From contig JAAYBK010000357.1 in assembly GCA_012718885.1 (NCBI GenBank), positions 1 to 54,548 of the forward strand: DNA of 54,548 nucleotides, read 5' to 3'. This DNA is from Ruminococcus sp. GTDB taxonomy: Bacteria > Bacillota > Clostridia > Oscillospirales > Ruminococcaceae. A program made the translations under genes and the position numbers. The notes under the pieces were generated by a model. That model made no database searches, was not told the origin of the DNA, and was given only the letters and a program-made list of their open reading frames with translations. Below are positions 28,613 to 36,688 of the stretch, one piece after another; position 1 is the stretch's first letter; each line of letters opens with the position of its first letter.

Positions 28613-30815
28613 TGAGTATCTTCTCCATATTTCCGTTATGCCTGAAGCGGAGCACGAGCATTGTGCCGAAGTATACGATGAATGTCATAAGAACGGCAAA
28701 TCCAATGCCGACTGCGTCAGGATCGGAGGGATATCTCACTCCTGAAGCCTTTACTGCAATTGAGCAGATAAGGTTGAGGATGAAGAATGAATACGGTATG
28801 CTTATGAGGACGCCTATGAGAAGGAATCCGTTATATGAGCCGTATACCATGCGGTTCATTATCTTGTTCTTTATGCCGTTTGCCTTGAATACGTATATCT
28901 CCTTCTTGTTCTGGGATATGAGTACGGAAACGGTAACTGCTATCAGTATAACAGGGATGAGTATTCCAAGCACTCCGAGTATGATGGAGCCGTACTTCAT
29001 TACCTGCTGTGAACTCTCATAGCTTTCGAGTATGCTGCTTCTTGTGAGTACGGATGAGTAATTCTCGCTGCTGTCCACGGTTATGGAAGCGTCTGAGGTA
29101 AACATTCCGTTGTACTTGTTTTCAATGACATTCTCTCCTGCCAGCCATGCATGGTCGATGAATACTTCCTTGCCGGCAACACGGTCTGAAATGCCTGCCA
29201 CCTTGACCTCGATCTCCTTGTCATAGATCTCCAGCTTTATGCTGTCGCCCTTTTTAGCCTTGAGCACATCTGCTGAGGTCTTGTTGAGTATAGCCTCTCC
29301 GGCAGCGGGATGTCCGCCGATATCCAGCAGAGCACCGTCCTCCAGTGCGTTCACTGTTACGATAACGTCATCCTTCTTGCCCTTTCCCATAGCCTTGAGC
29401 TCGTAGAAATACTGATCGCCCTCAGTTGACTTTTCAGCCGGCTGACGGAAGTACACCTGAGACTCAAAATCCATTGATTCTTCCTGTGCGTCACATATAT
29501 TCTTCGGGAAGCGGTATATGGAATAGCTGAGGAAGAACTCTACTCCTGCTGCGAATACACTGAACAGCACCAGTACCAGGAGGAGCTTGCTTCTTATAGC
29601 GAAGGAGGTCTTTATCTTCTTCTCGATGCTGCTCTTTTTTGTGAGTTTCTTCACGAATCTCTCAAATCTGCTGATACCTGTGGCCTTTGCGTCACGGAGC
29701 ATATCCACAACGCTGAGTTTAAGTATGCTGCGTGTGCCGAAAACTGCTGCGATAATACCTACAAAGAGGACTATCCACATAAACATACCGAAGAAAAGCG
29801 GTTCAAAGCTGAACTTCATCTCCGGGAGGCTGAGGTCAGTCTCAAGTAGCTTATTGAATACCGGTGCAAACAGCGAACCGGTGATATAGCCTGCGATAGC
29901 TGCCGGGAGCATAAGTCCTGCAACAGCCTTGAGATAGCCGAAGAACACCTTTTTCCTTGGCAGTCCGTTGGCTACCAGTACGCCTACGTTCTTCTTATTC
30001 TCGCCAATGAGGATATAGATGAACATTATAAGCATAACTGCTATCATAACCGACATTATGCAGAGTGAGATAACTGTGAGCATAAAGTATATGCTGATCT
30101 TTCCGCCAAGACCGTTCATTGAGGAATTATCTGCCCTGAATGTAACGGAAGCAAGCTCCCTGCTCCTTACCAGTTCAGATGTATGATCGCTGATCTTTTC
30201 ATCGCTGATGTCCTTGAACTTCGCCTTGTACACTACTGAGAGCTTGCCGCCCTCTATAGCTGCGGTATCCTCTGCTGAAGCCATTATGAGCGCTTCATTT
30301 TCCGGATCATAGCTGAGTGAATCATTTCTTACGTGCATACGGATATAATCCGGAAGTGTCATTATACCTGCCACCTTATAGCTTTTGCCGCTGATAGTGA
30401 CAGTATCTGCTACTGCAACGTCATTCTTTTCTGCATATTCCTTGTTTATGAGGATCTCACCTGCTGCGGAAAGGCTGTTTCCGTCGGTGATATGCGGCTT
30501 GTCGATCTTTTCGGCAGCAGATATCACTCTGTAGCTCACGCCGTCCGCAGTAAACTCATTGATGTATCTTTCCTCATAGTCAAGATCGTATTTTGCCGCC
30601 AGAGCCTCAACATCAGTTCCCTCTGCCGGAACGAATTCCAGATCCTCCGCATTGGTCTCACTGAAATAGTCCTTCTGGAACTTGTTGTTTGCAGAATACA
30701 GATTCACAGACATTGACGCTACGAACATCCAGAGGAATGTCAGAAGGATGATACCTGCTGTCTGTATCTTTTTCTTCGAGAAGCTGCGGAATATCATTTT
30801 ATTCATAGGCTGCAC
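28593..30815 (-). CDS. FtsX/MacB-like ABC exporter permease
   Basis: Two TM clusters with ENKKNVGVLVANG and QNKKEIYVFKANG motifs. Confidence 0.88.
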   Translation of the reverse strand: MQPMNKMIFRSFSKKKIQTAGIILLTFLWMFVASMSVNLYSANNKFQKDYFSETNAEDLEFVPAEGTDVEALAAKYDLDYEERYINEFTADGVSYRVISAAEKIDKPHITDGNSLSAAGEILINKEYAEKNDVAVADTVTISGKSYKVAGIMTLPDYIRMHVRNDSLSYDPENEALIMASAEDTAAIEGGKLSVVYKAKFKDISDEKISDHTSELVRSRELASVTFRADNSSMNGLGGKISIYFMLTVISLCIMSVMIAVMLIMFIYILIGENKKNVGVLVANGLPRKKVFFGYLKAVAGLMLPAAIAGYITGSLFAPVFNKLLETDLSLPEMKFSFEPLFFGMFMWIVLFVGIIAAVFGTRSILKLSVVDMLRDAKATGISRFERFVKKLTKKSSIEKKIKTSFAIRSKLLLVLVLFSVFAAGVEFFLSYSIYRFPKNICDAQEESMDFESQVYFRQPAEKSTEGDQYFYELKAMGKGKKDDVIVTVNALEDGALLDIGGHPAAGEAILNKTSADVLKAKKGDSIKLEIYDKEIEVKVAGISDRVAGKEVFIDHAWLAGENVIENKYNGMFTSDASITVDSSENYSSVLTRSSILESYESSQQVMKYGSIILGVLGILIPVILIAVTVSVLISQNKKEIYVFKANGIKNKIMNRMVYGSYNGFLLIGVLISIPYSFFILNLICSIAVKASGVRYPSDPDAVGIGFAVLMTFIVYFGTMLVLRFRHNGNMEKILNDFREL

Positions 30816-30820
30816 CTCCG

Positions 30821-31525
30821 TCAGTTCCAGAGAACATCTTCAGCTTCGATAGTTTTTGTATTTCTTATGTCCTCTTTGATCTCGCCGTCGATCACACGGA
30901 TAACATGGTCTGCCATTTTCTGCATACCAAGAAGGTGTGTAACGACGATGACAGTTGTTCCACGGCGGTTAAGATCCTGGAGTATGCGGAGAACGTTCTT
31001 GCCGTTCTTCTCGTCAAGAGCTCCTGTAGGCTCATCGCAGAAGAGTATAGCCGGCTCCTTTGCAAGAGCTCTTGCTATAGCTACACGCTGCTTTTCGCCG
31101 CCTGAGAGCTGTCCCGGGAACTTATCTGCCTGTTTTTCCATACCAACAAGGCTCAGCGCCTTGTCTGCGTCACATTTTTTCTTTGTGACAACGCTCATGA
31201 CCTCGATATTCTCCTTTACGGTAAGGTTCTCGATAAGGGAGTAGTCCTGGAATACGAAGCCGATCTTTCTGCGGTAGTCATTGAGAGCCTTTTCACGGGA
31301 CTTGCTGAGCTTGAAGCCTGCACTCTCAACATCGCCGGATGTTGAGGAATCAAGTCCGCCGAGAATATTGAGCAGAGTGGATTTTCCGGCTCCGCTGGGA
31401 CCTACGATGACTACGAATTCGCCGTCTTCTATTTTAAGGTCGATATTCTTTAGAAGCTGCTGCGAAACCTCTCCGGTCTTCACAGTCTTGTTCAGCTTAC
31501 TTACATTACAGATCTTTTTCATCAT
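30821..31525 (-). CDS. ABC transporter ATP-binding protein (LolD/MacB type)
   Basis: GPSGAGKS, LSGGEKQR, CDEPTGALD. Confidence 0.95.
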   Translation of the reverse strand: MMKKICNVSKLNKTVKTGEVSQQLLKNIDLKIEDGEFVVIVGPSGAGKSTLLNILGGLDSSTSGDVESAGFKLSKSREKALNDYRRKIGFVFQDYSLIENLTVKENIEVMSVVTKKKCDADKALSLVGMEKQADKFPGQLSGGEKQRVAIARALAKEPAILFCDEPTGALDEKNGKNVLRILQDLNRRGTTVIVVTHLLGMQKMADHVIRVIDGEIKEDIRNTKTIEAEDVLWN

Positions 31526-32844
31526 TTATCTCTCCTTTTCACGCATTTCTCCAGCTTTCCGATACAGCTTTTGAGTATATCAGCGATATTGTCGCATTCC
31601 TTTCTGCTTATATTCAGCACCGGTGCAACTATCATCGTATCCGGGCCGTCCGGATATAGGAGAAGTCCGCTTCCGGCAGCAAAATTCGTGAGTATATCTG
31701 CTATGCCGAACTCCGGCATACCTATTATCTGATAGTCATTGAAGAGTATGGAAAGCATCAGGCCTTTTCCTCTGATCTCATCAACAAGGAAGCTTCCGCC
31801 CAGCTCATCCTTTAGCCTGCCGAGAAGGTATTCACCCATTTCTGCTGAGTTCTCCGACATATTCTCTCTTTCGAGTATCTCGATATTTTTAAGAGCCGCT
31901 GCACATCCTACCGGATGTCCGCCGGTTGTAAAGCCGTTTTCGAGGAGCTTTTCAGAGCCGCCTGCAAAGGCCTCATACACCTCTCTTATAGCAAGCACTC
32001 CGCCCATCGGGAAATATCCGGAGGTCACTCCCTTAGCAAACATCATAAGGTCTCCCCTGATGCCGTAATGCTCGGAGGCGAACATCTTTCCTGTTCTTCC
32101 GAAGCCTGTGGCCACCTCGTCAACGACTACCAGCACATCGTTTTTCTTACTGATATCGTACATTCCCTTTACGAAGCTCTCCGGGAGGATATTCACACCG
32201 TTTGAAAGCTGTATCAGCTCCATGAATACCGCTCCGATCTCCTTTGTACGGATGAGCTCTTCGTACTGAGCAAGGCACTTTCCGATCTCCTCGTCATCGC
32301 TTTCGTATGAAGGAACATCTATCTGATAGTAACCTGAACAGTCATTGAAATACTGCTCGTTTTCGTACTGACCCTGGCCAAGCTTCATGGCGGTGAGGTT
32401 GGAGCCGTGGTAAGCGCCCTTCAGGGAAACTATCCCGCACTCCTTCATGCCCTTCATATAAGCGTACTTCCTTACGATCTTTACTGCCGTATCGCAGGCC
32501 TCAGAGCCACTGTTTGTGAAAAAGCAGCTATAGTAATGATCTCCTGTAAGCTTACAGAGTTTTTCGGAGCATCTCAGTGCCGCATCATTTGTTGTAGTGA
32601 AGAGCGTTGTATTATCGAGACGGAAGAACTGTTCGTTCACTGCTTCGATAAGCTCCTTGTTGCAGTGTCCTATGTTCGCATTGAGGAGCGTTGAAACTCC
32701 GTCGTACATTTTCTTTCCCTTGCTGTCTGTGTAGTAGTTATCTGTATCAACATCTGTCAGAACACGGTAGCTCTTCTCAAGATATACCTTCATATCCTTG
32801 AAAGCTGCCCAGACCTTGTTTCCTGCTTCTTTTGAAAAGTCCAT
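31522..32844 (-). CDS. Class III PLP-dependent aminotransferase
   Basis: NSGSEA, AYHG, DEVATGFGRTG, FAKGVTSGY; start MDFSKE after GGAGG. Confidence 0.92.
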   Translation of the reverse strand: MDFSKEAGNKVWAAFKDMKVYLEKSYRVLTDVDTDNYYTDSKGKKMYDGVSTLLNANIGHCNKELIEAVNEQFFRLDNTTLFTTTNDAALRCSEKLCKLTGDHYYSCFFTNSGSEACDTAVKIVRKYAYMKGMKECGIVSLKGAYHGSNLTAMKLGQGQYENEQYFNDCSGYYQIDVPSYESDDEEIGKCLAQYEELIRTKEIGAVFMELIQLSNGVNILPESFVKGMYDISKKNDVLVVVDEVATGFGRTGKMFASEHYGIRGDLMMFAKGVTSGYFPMGGVLAIREVYEAFAGGSEKLLENGFTTGGHPVGCAAALKNIEILERENMSENSAEMGEYLLGRLKDELGGSFLVDEIRGKGLMLSILFNDYQIIGMPEFGIADILTNFAAGSGLLLYPDGPDTMIVAPVLNISRKECDNIADILKSCIGKLEKCVKRRDK

Positions 32845-32920
32845 CTGTAAGCCTCCTGATGAATCGTTTATGGAAAGCCGCCCGGCATCGCTGCACAGTG
32901 CTTTCCGTTTCTGTGATCTT

Positions 32921-32986
32921 ATTATAGCCCCTGCATCTGCTGTCAACAACAAAATGCGAGTGAGTAAAACTTTTTTTGGAGTAAAC
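32921..32986 (-). promoter_or_regulatory. LytTR-type boxed promoter of the biosynthetic operon
   Basis: GTTTACTC (32986-32979) plus degenerate ACTCACTC 21 bp downstream; 8 bp; TTGTTG-17-TATAAT. Confidence 0.7.
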
Positions 32987-33121
32987 GGTAATTTCATACT
33001 CTTCGCCATTGGCGATGATATCCGCTATATAGCGCAGATCCGGCAAGGATCAGCATTTCTGTTCCCGTTCGCACTCAGCTTGCCGTCATTGCCCCGGGCA
33101 CCTTTAAACTCCCATATGTCA

Positions 33122-33158
33122 GAAATAAAATCGGTTCCGCAGCTTCTGCGAAACCGAA
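33122..33158 (-). terminator. Terminator after micropeptide copy 1
   Basis: UCGGUUUCGCAG/CUGCGGAACCGA stem then UUUUAUUUC. Confidence 0.7.
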
Positions 33159-33193
33159 GGATCTTCTTACCCGGCATAGCTGCCGGCTCATTC

Positions 33194-33229
33194 TTATCTT
33201 CCGAAGATGAAATCCCAGAATCCGCCCAT
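33194..33229 (-). CDS. 11-aa micropeptide MGGFWDFIFGR, copy 1
   Basis: ATG GGC GGA TTC TGG GAT TTC ATC TTC GGA AGA TAA; SD GAAGGAAG; own promoter and terminator. Confidence 0.82.
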   Translation of the reverse strand: MGGFWDFIFGR

Positions 33230-33281
33230 TTTTAGCACTTCCTTCCGTATGTTTTTTCAACGTTTCCGTTTCGTTGCGCTT

Positions 33282-33347
33282 ATTATATTTCATATTTCCC
33301 GTTCCCTCAATCAATATGGAGTAAACGAGACGTTTTCCGGAGTAAAC
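33282..33347 (-). promoter_or_regulatory. LytTR-type boxed promoter of peptide copy 1
   Basis: GTTTACTCC twice (cores 33347-33340, 33326-33319); 8 bp; TTGAGG-17-TATAAT. Confidence 0.8.
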
Positions 33348-33369
33348 TAAAAATCCATCGTTAAAAGTA

Positions 33370-33408
33370 AAAAAATATCCGGATATTTCATTATCCGGAT
33401 AATTTTTT
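33370..33408. terminator. Terminator after micropeptide copy 2 (bidirectional form)
   Basis: tatccggata/tatccggata stem with A and T runs. Confidence 0.7.
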
Positions 33409-33429
33409 GTATGTTCCGCCAGCAGACTA

Positions 33430-33458
33430 TTGACAGGCAGTAGAAATTGTGGTAAAAT
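33430..33458 (+). promoter_or_regulatory. Sigma-A promoter, probably for LytTR/HK operon 2
   Basis: TTGACA-17-TAAAAT with extended TG. Confidence 0.7.
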
Positions 33459-33476
33459 TTAATGAGAGTTAATTTT

Positions 33477-33512
33477 TTATCTTCCAAAGATAAAATCCCA
33501 GAATCCGCCCAT
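33477..33512 (-). CDS. 11-aa micropeptide MGGFWDFIFGR, copy 2
   Basis: Same peptide as copy 1 with two synonymous TTC>TTT changes; SD AAAGGAG. Confidence 0.82.
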   Translation of the reverse strand: MGGFWDFIFGR

Positions 33513-33561
33513 TTTTCACAGCTCCTTTCGCAGTAATCAGATTTCTCAATTCGTTGACTCG

Positions 33562-33627
33562 ATTCTACCACTCTCTATAGTCCCCGGCAACTTAATCAGA
33601 GTAAACCGACATTTATTTGGAGTAAAC
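33562..33627 (-). promoter_or_regulatory. LytTR-type boxed promoter of peptide copy 2
   Basis: GTTTACTC twice (33627-33620, 33606-33599); 8 bp; TTGCCG-17-TAGAAT with TG. Confidence 0.8.
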
Positions 33628-33671
33628 AAAACAATCTACATTTTATCAACTGAAAGGACACCGGTAATACT

Positions 33672-34382
33672 ATGAAGATAGCAATTTGTGATGATAAGGC
33701 AACTATGCGCAGAGACCTGAAAAAACATCTTGAAGATTACGCAATAAAACGAAGGCTTGATCTTGTGTATGACGATTACAGCAATGGTTCAGACCTCCTT
33801 GCAAGCCCTATTGAATACGATGTAATATTTATGGACTATCAGATGGATGGCCTGGACGGCCTGGAAACCTCACGCAAGCTCAGGGACAAGAACATCAAAG
33901 CTGTTATAATATTCCTGACAAGCTTCCCGCATATAGTATTCGATGCATTTGAAGTGAACACATACCGCTTCCTGCTCAAGCCTATAGATGCAGAAAAGCT
34001 GGCCTCAGCTATGGATGACTACCTTAAAAGTCTCGATGACAGCCAATATATAGTAATAAAGACCGATGATGACAACCGGAGGATAAATATCGACGACATT
34101 ATATATGCCGAAGCCTCTGATAAATATTGCTATATCAGAACTGCTGACGAGAACATCCTATACAAGAATACCCTTTCAGAATTTGAAAAGCTTCTGCCGC
34201 AGGATTCCTTCTTCCGCAGCCACAGAACATATCTGGTAGGCTTCAAGCATATCGTTTCACATACTGCGGCAAATATACTCTTCGATAACAAGGAGCGTGC
34301 CCTTATCAGCAAGCTGAAGTATACTCCTTTCAAAAAGGCTTTTCTGGACTATGTAAAGCGCTACAACTTCTCAAAGGGCTGA
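33672..34382 (+). CDS. LytTR-family response regulator
   Basis: KIAICDD, IFMDYQM, FLLKP, FFRSHRTYLV. Confidence 0.95.
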   Translation: MKIAICDDKATMRRDLKKHLEDYAIKRRLDLVYDDYSNGSDLLASPIEYDVIFMDYQMDGLDGLETSRKLRDKNIKAVIIFLTSFPHIVFDAFEVNTYRFLLKPIDAEKLASAMDDYLKSLDDSQYIVIKTDDDNRRINIDDIIYAEASDKYCYIRTADENILYKNTLSEFEKLLPQDSFFRSHRTYLVGFKHIVSHTAANILFDNKERALISKLKYTPFKKAFLDYVKRYNFSKG

Positions 34383-34386
34383 GACC

Positions 34387-35676
34387 ATGGAATACATCAT
34401 ATACTTTATATCAAACTTCATACTATGCTCAGCAATATTCAGATCAATGTGCGTGTTCCTGAAGATGAAACCGGCTCACGGACAGATATTCAATAACGTA
34501 TGTCTGCTGATGTGCTCGCTCACATCCGTTTCAGTGCTTCTTCCGGCATCATCTATACCGCCGGTGCTAAGAGTATTCATAATACTGCTGGCCATATCAG
34601 GAAAAATGATATTCTTCTCGCTTATATTCGGCAAGCTCAACCTTAAAGTGATATATGTCTGCCTGCTGTCAATGGTAACGAGCTCAAATTACGACACTAT
34701 CCTGACTCTGCTGATCCAGGATAAGACCTGGCGCAGCATCGCAGCCTTTCTGCTGGAATCAGCCATACTGGGAGCTGTGCTCATGTACACCAAAAAGAAG
34801 GATCTACGGGATGTATTCTATGAATATATAAGAGTCCTGCCAAAGAAGCTCTATGCAGTCATACTCATATTCCTGTATGTTATGAATCTGGTGATATTCG
34901 CCTCCATAGACCCGAAATACGGAGATATCTCCAAGGTTATGCTGCTCCCGGCCTTTATATTCATGACGATCATCGTCTACTGGGTGCTCAAGGTCAGCAT
35001 ATCCGAGCACGAAAACAAGCAGGTATCATATATACTCTCTAAGCAGCTCGAAACACAGGTCAGCTACTATGAGAAAATAAACAGCATTTACAATGAATTC
35101 AGGAGCTTCCGCCACGACTTCAAAAACCACCTTCTCTGCCTCAGGAGCCTGCTTGCAGAAAACGAGGTGGAGAACGCTCTGGATTATATGAACGACATAG
35201 AAAATATGTCCTACACCGAAAAAAAGAACTTCGATACGGGAAATATCATCGCAGACGCACTTCTGAACGATAAGAACGAAAAAGCTGCCGCCTGCAATTC
35301 AAGGATTACATTCAGCGGATATGTCCCTACAAACGGAATAACCAACACAGACCTCTGCACCATTATGGCAAACGCCCTGGATAACGCTATCGAGGCTTGC
35401 GCCAAGGATACCGGAGACGAGTTAAAGGAGATAAAAGTAGAATCCGACTTCAAACAGGGCTATTTCTTCTTCAAGGCCACAAATCCGGTATTTGAAAAGG
35501 TGGACATCAAAAACGGCAACGAGCTGAAGACCTCAAAGGAGGATAAGTCCTGCCATGGATTCGGCGTGGCTAACATTGTTAAGACCGCTAAAAAATACGG
35601 TGGCTCTGCCCATGCCTCAATATCCGATAACAAATTCATCCTCGAAACAGAGCTCCTGCTCAACAGAGAGATATAA
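34387..35676 (+). CDS. AgrC/VirS-like GHKL sensor histidine kinase
   Basis: Multi-TM N-terminus; FRHDFKNH; NALDNAIEA; HGFG. Confidence 0.93.
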   Translation: MEYIIYFISNFILCSAIFRSMCVFLKMKPAHGQIFNNVCLLMCSLTSVSVLLPASSIPPVLRVFIILLAISGKMIFFSLIFGKLNLKVIYVCLLSMVTSSNYDTILTLLIQDKTWRSIAAFLLESAILGAVLMYTKKKDLRDVFYEYIRVLPKKLYAVILIFLYVMNLVIFASIDPKYGDISKVMLLPAFIFMTIIVYWVLKVSISEHENKQVSYILSKQLETQVSYYEKINSIYNEFRSFRHDFKNHLLCLRSLLAENEVENALDYMNDIENMSYTEKKNFDTGNIIADALLNDKNEKAAACNSRITFSGYVPTNGITNTDLCTIMANALDNAIEACAKDTGDELKEIKVESDFKQGYFFFKATNPVFEKVDIKNGNELKTSKEDKSCHGFGVANIVKTAKKYGGSAHASISDNKFILETELLLNREI

Positions 35677-35679
35677 AAA

Positions 35680-35720
35680 GCAAAAGGCGTGATAAAGCTT
35701 CTTTATCACGCCTTTTTTGC
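35680..35720. terminator. Bidirectional terminator
   Basis: aaaaggcgtgataaag/ctttatcacgcctttt between convergent genes. Confidence 0.8.
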
Positions 35721-35755
35721 TCTTTTTACTTTTATCAGCAGATCTTATCCGTTTA

Positions 35756-36202
35756 CTACAGCTTGTTGTAATTCGTTCCTATATAAATATCTACGATGCA
35801 GTCCGCCGGGTTTTCCGCCAGCCTTACGATATTATAATAGGGTCTTGTTATCATTTCATAGGATCTCTTCCGGATATAATCCTCAAGCTTTTTTTCAGTA
35901 GTATCGATATCAGCAAGGCTGCCCTCATGTCTTATGGTGACAGCGTTTATCAGCCGGAAAAGCTCTTTATGGCCGTATTCACTGTGATCTGTGATATCGC
36001 CGATGACCGGAACAAGTATCTCGATATCCCTCTTCTCATCTGTCGGATACGTAAAGCAGATCTTCTTTGTAGGTTCAACCCCTAATGCGGATACATTCCG
36101 GCAGATGTGATCCGCCAGCTTCGGAATATCCTCCTTAGGAAGATTCGTCCTGTATGAGATCATGTTTTCCATAAATAGGGAACGGTTTTCAAGTATCTGC
36201 AA
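35756..36202 (-). CDS. GyrI-like/DUF5085-like small-molecule-binding protein
   Basis: AVTIRHEGSLADIDTTEKKLEDYI pattern; TTG start after AAGGTGG. Confidence 0.6.
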   Translation of the reverse strand: MQILENRSLFMENMISYRTNLPKEDIPKLADHICRNVSALGVEPTKKICFTYPTDEKRDIEILVPVIGDITDHSEYGHKELFRLINAVTIRHEGSLADIDTTEKKLEDYIRKRSYEMITRPYYNIVRLAENPADCIVDIYIGTNYNKL

Positions 36203-36314
36203 TTGTATTCACCACCTTTTCCTTTCTGAACGCTTCGATCGGTCTCGTGACCACTTATTTCTGTTCTGCCTCCTTTCAGATAATTGTTTTCAGAGATTCT
36301 ATCCTCCTGATACC

Positions 36315-36380
36315 ATTTTACATATATATAGCCCCTCCGTCACCTTTTTTTCCGTGAATGGCCCCTTATTAAGAGTAAAC
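36315..36380 (-). promoter_or_regulatory. Fourth LytTR-type boxed promoter (weaker match)
   Basis: GTTTACTC (36380-36373) plus ATTCACGG 21 bp downstream; 8 bp; GTGACG-17-TAAAAT. Confidence 0.55.
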
Positions 36381-36442
36381 AGCTCTCCTTATCAAAAATC
36401 ATCCGTATATCCATAATACTTACATCAATGATACACGCTGAT

Positions 36443-36641
36443 TACTCGGGGAAAACCTTTCTGAGGAAAGGTTCTTCCCCGCCTCCTTTCCAAAGACTTT
36501 TAATCTTAATTTTCCCCAGATAGGGCGCATGATAACTAAAAAGCCCATGTAGTAATACATGGGTTGCGCCCTATCCGGGGAAAATTTAAAACTGAAAATT
36601 TGAGGGAGGAACCCTTTTTCAAAAGGGTTCCTCCCTCAATA
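36443..36641. repeat. REP/REPIN/MITE-like multi-hairpin element, long copy
   Basis: Palindromes ggggaaaacctttc/gaaaggttcttcccc, gatagggcgca/tgcgccctatc, gagggaggaaccctttt/aaaagggttcctccctc. Confidence 0.8.
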
Positions 36642-36688
36642 ATCTACGTATATCACCGATATAAGCATTATGCATATACGGATGATCT

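Noticed and set aside
32777-33571. Track ORFs 32777-33046, 32798-33235, 33075-33314, 33347-33571 and the aminotransferase extension to 33009
   Set aside because: They cross promoters, boxes and terminators; the duplicated segment is synonymous only in the 11-aa frame
32958-33627. CRISPR array or iterons
   Set aside because: Repeats are 8-9 bp pairs tied to promoters, with no repeat-spacer periodicity and no cas or rep gene
2442-35676. Canonical agrBD quorum sensing
   Set aside because: No AgrB-like gene and no Cys-containing AgrD-like ORF found near either kinase in this window
36203-36310. Further micropeptide in the GyrI-like gene leader (VVTRPIEAFRKERW)
   Set aside because: SD-to-start spacing too long and no family resemblance
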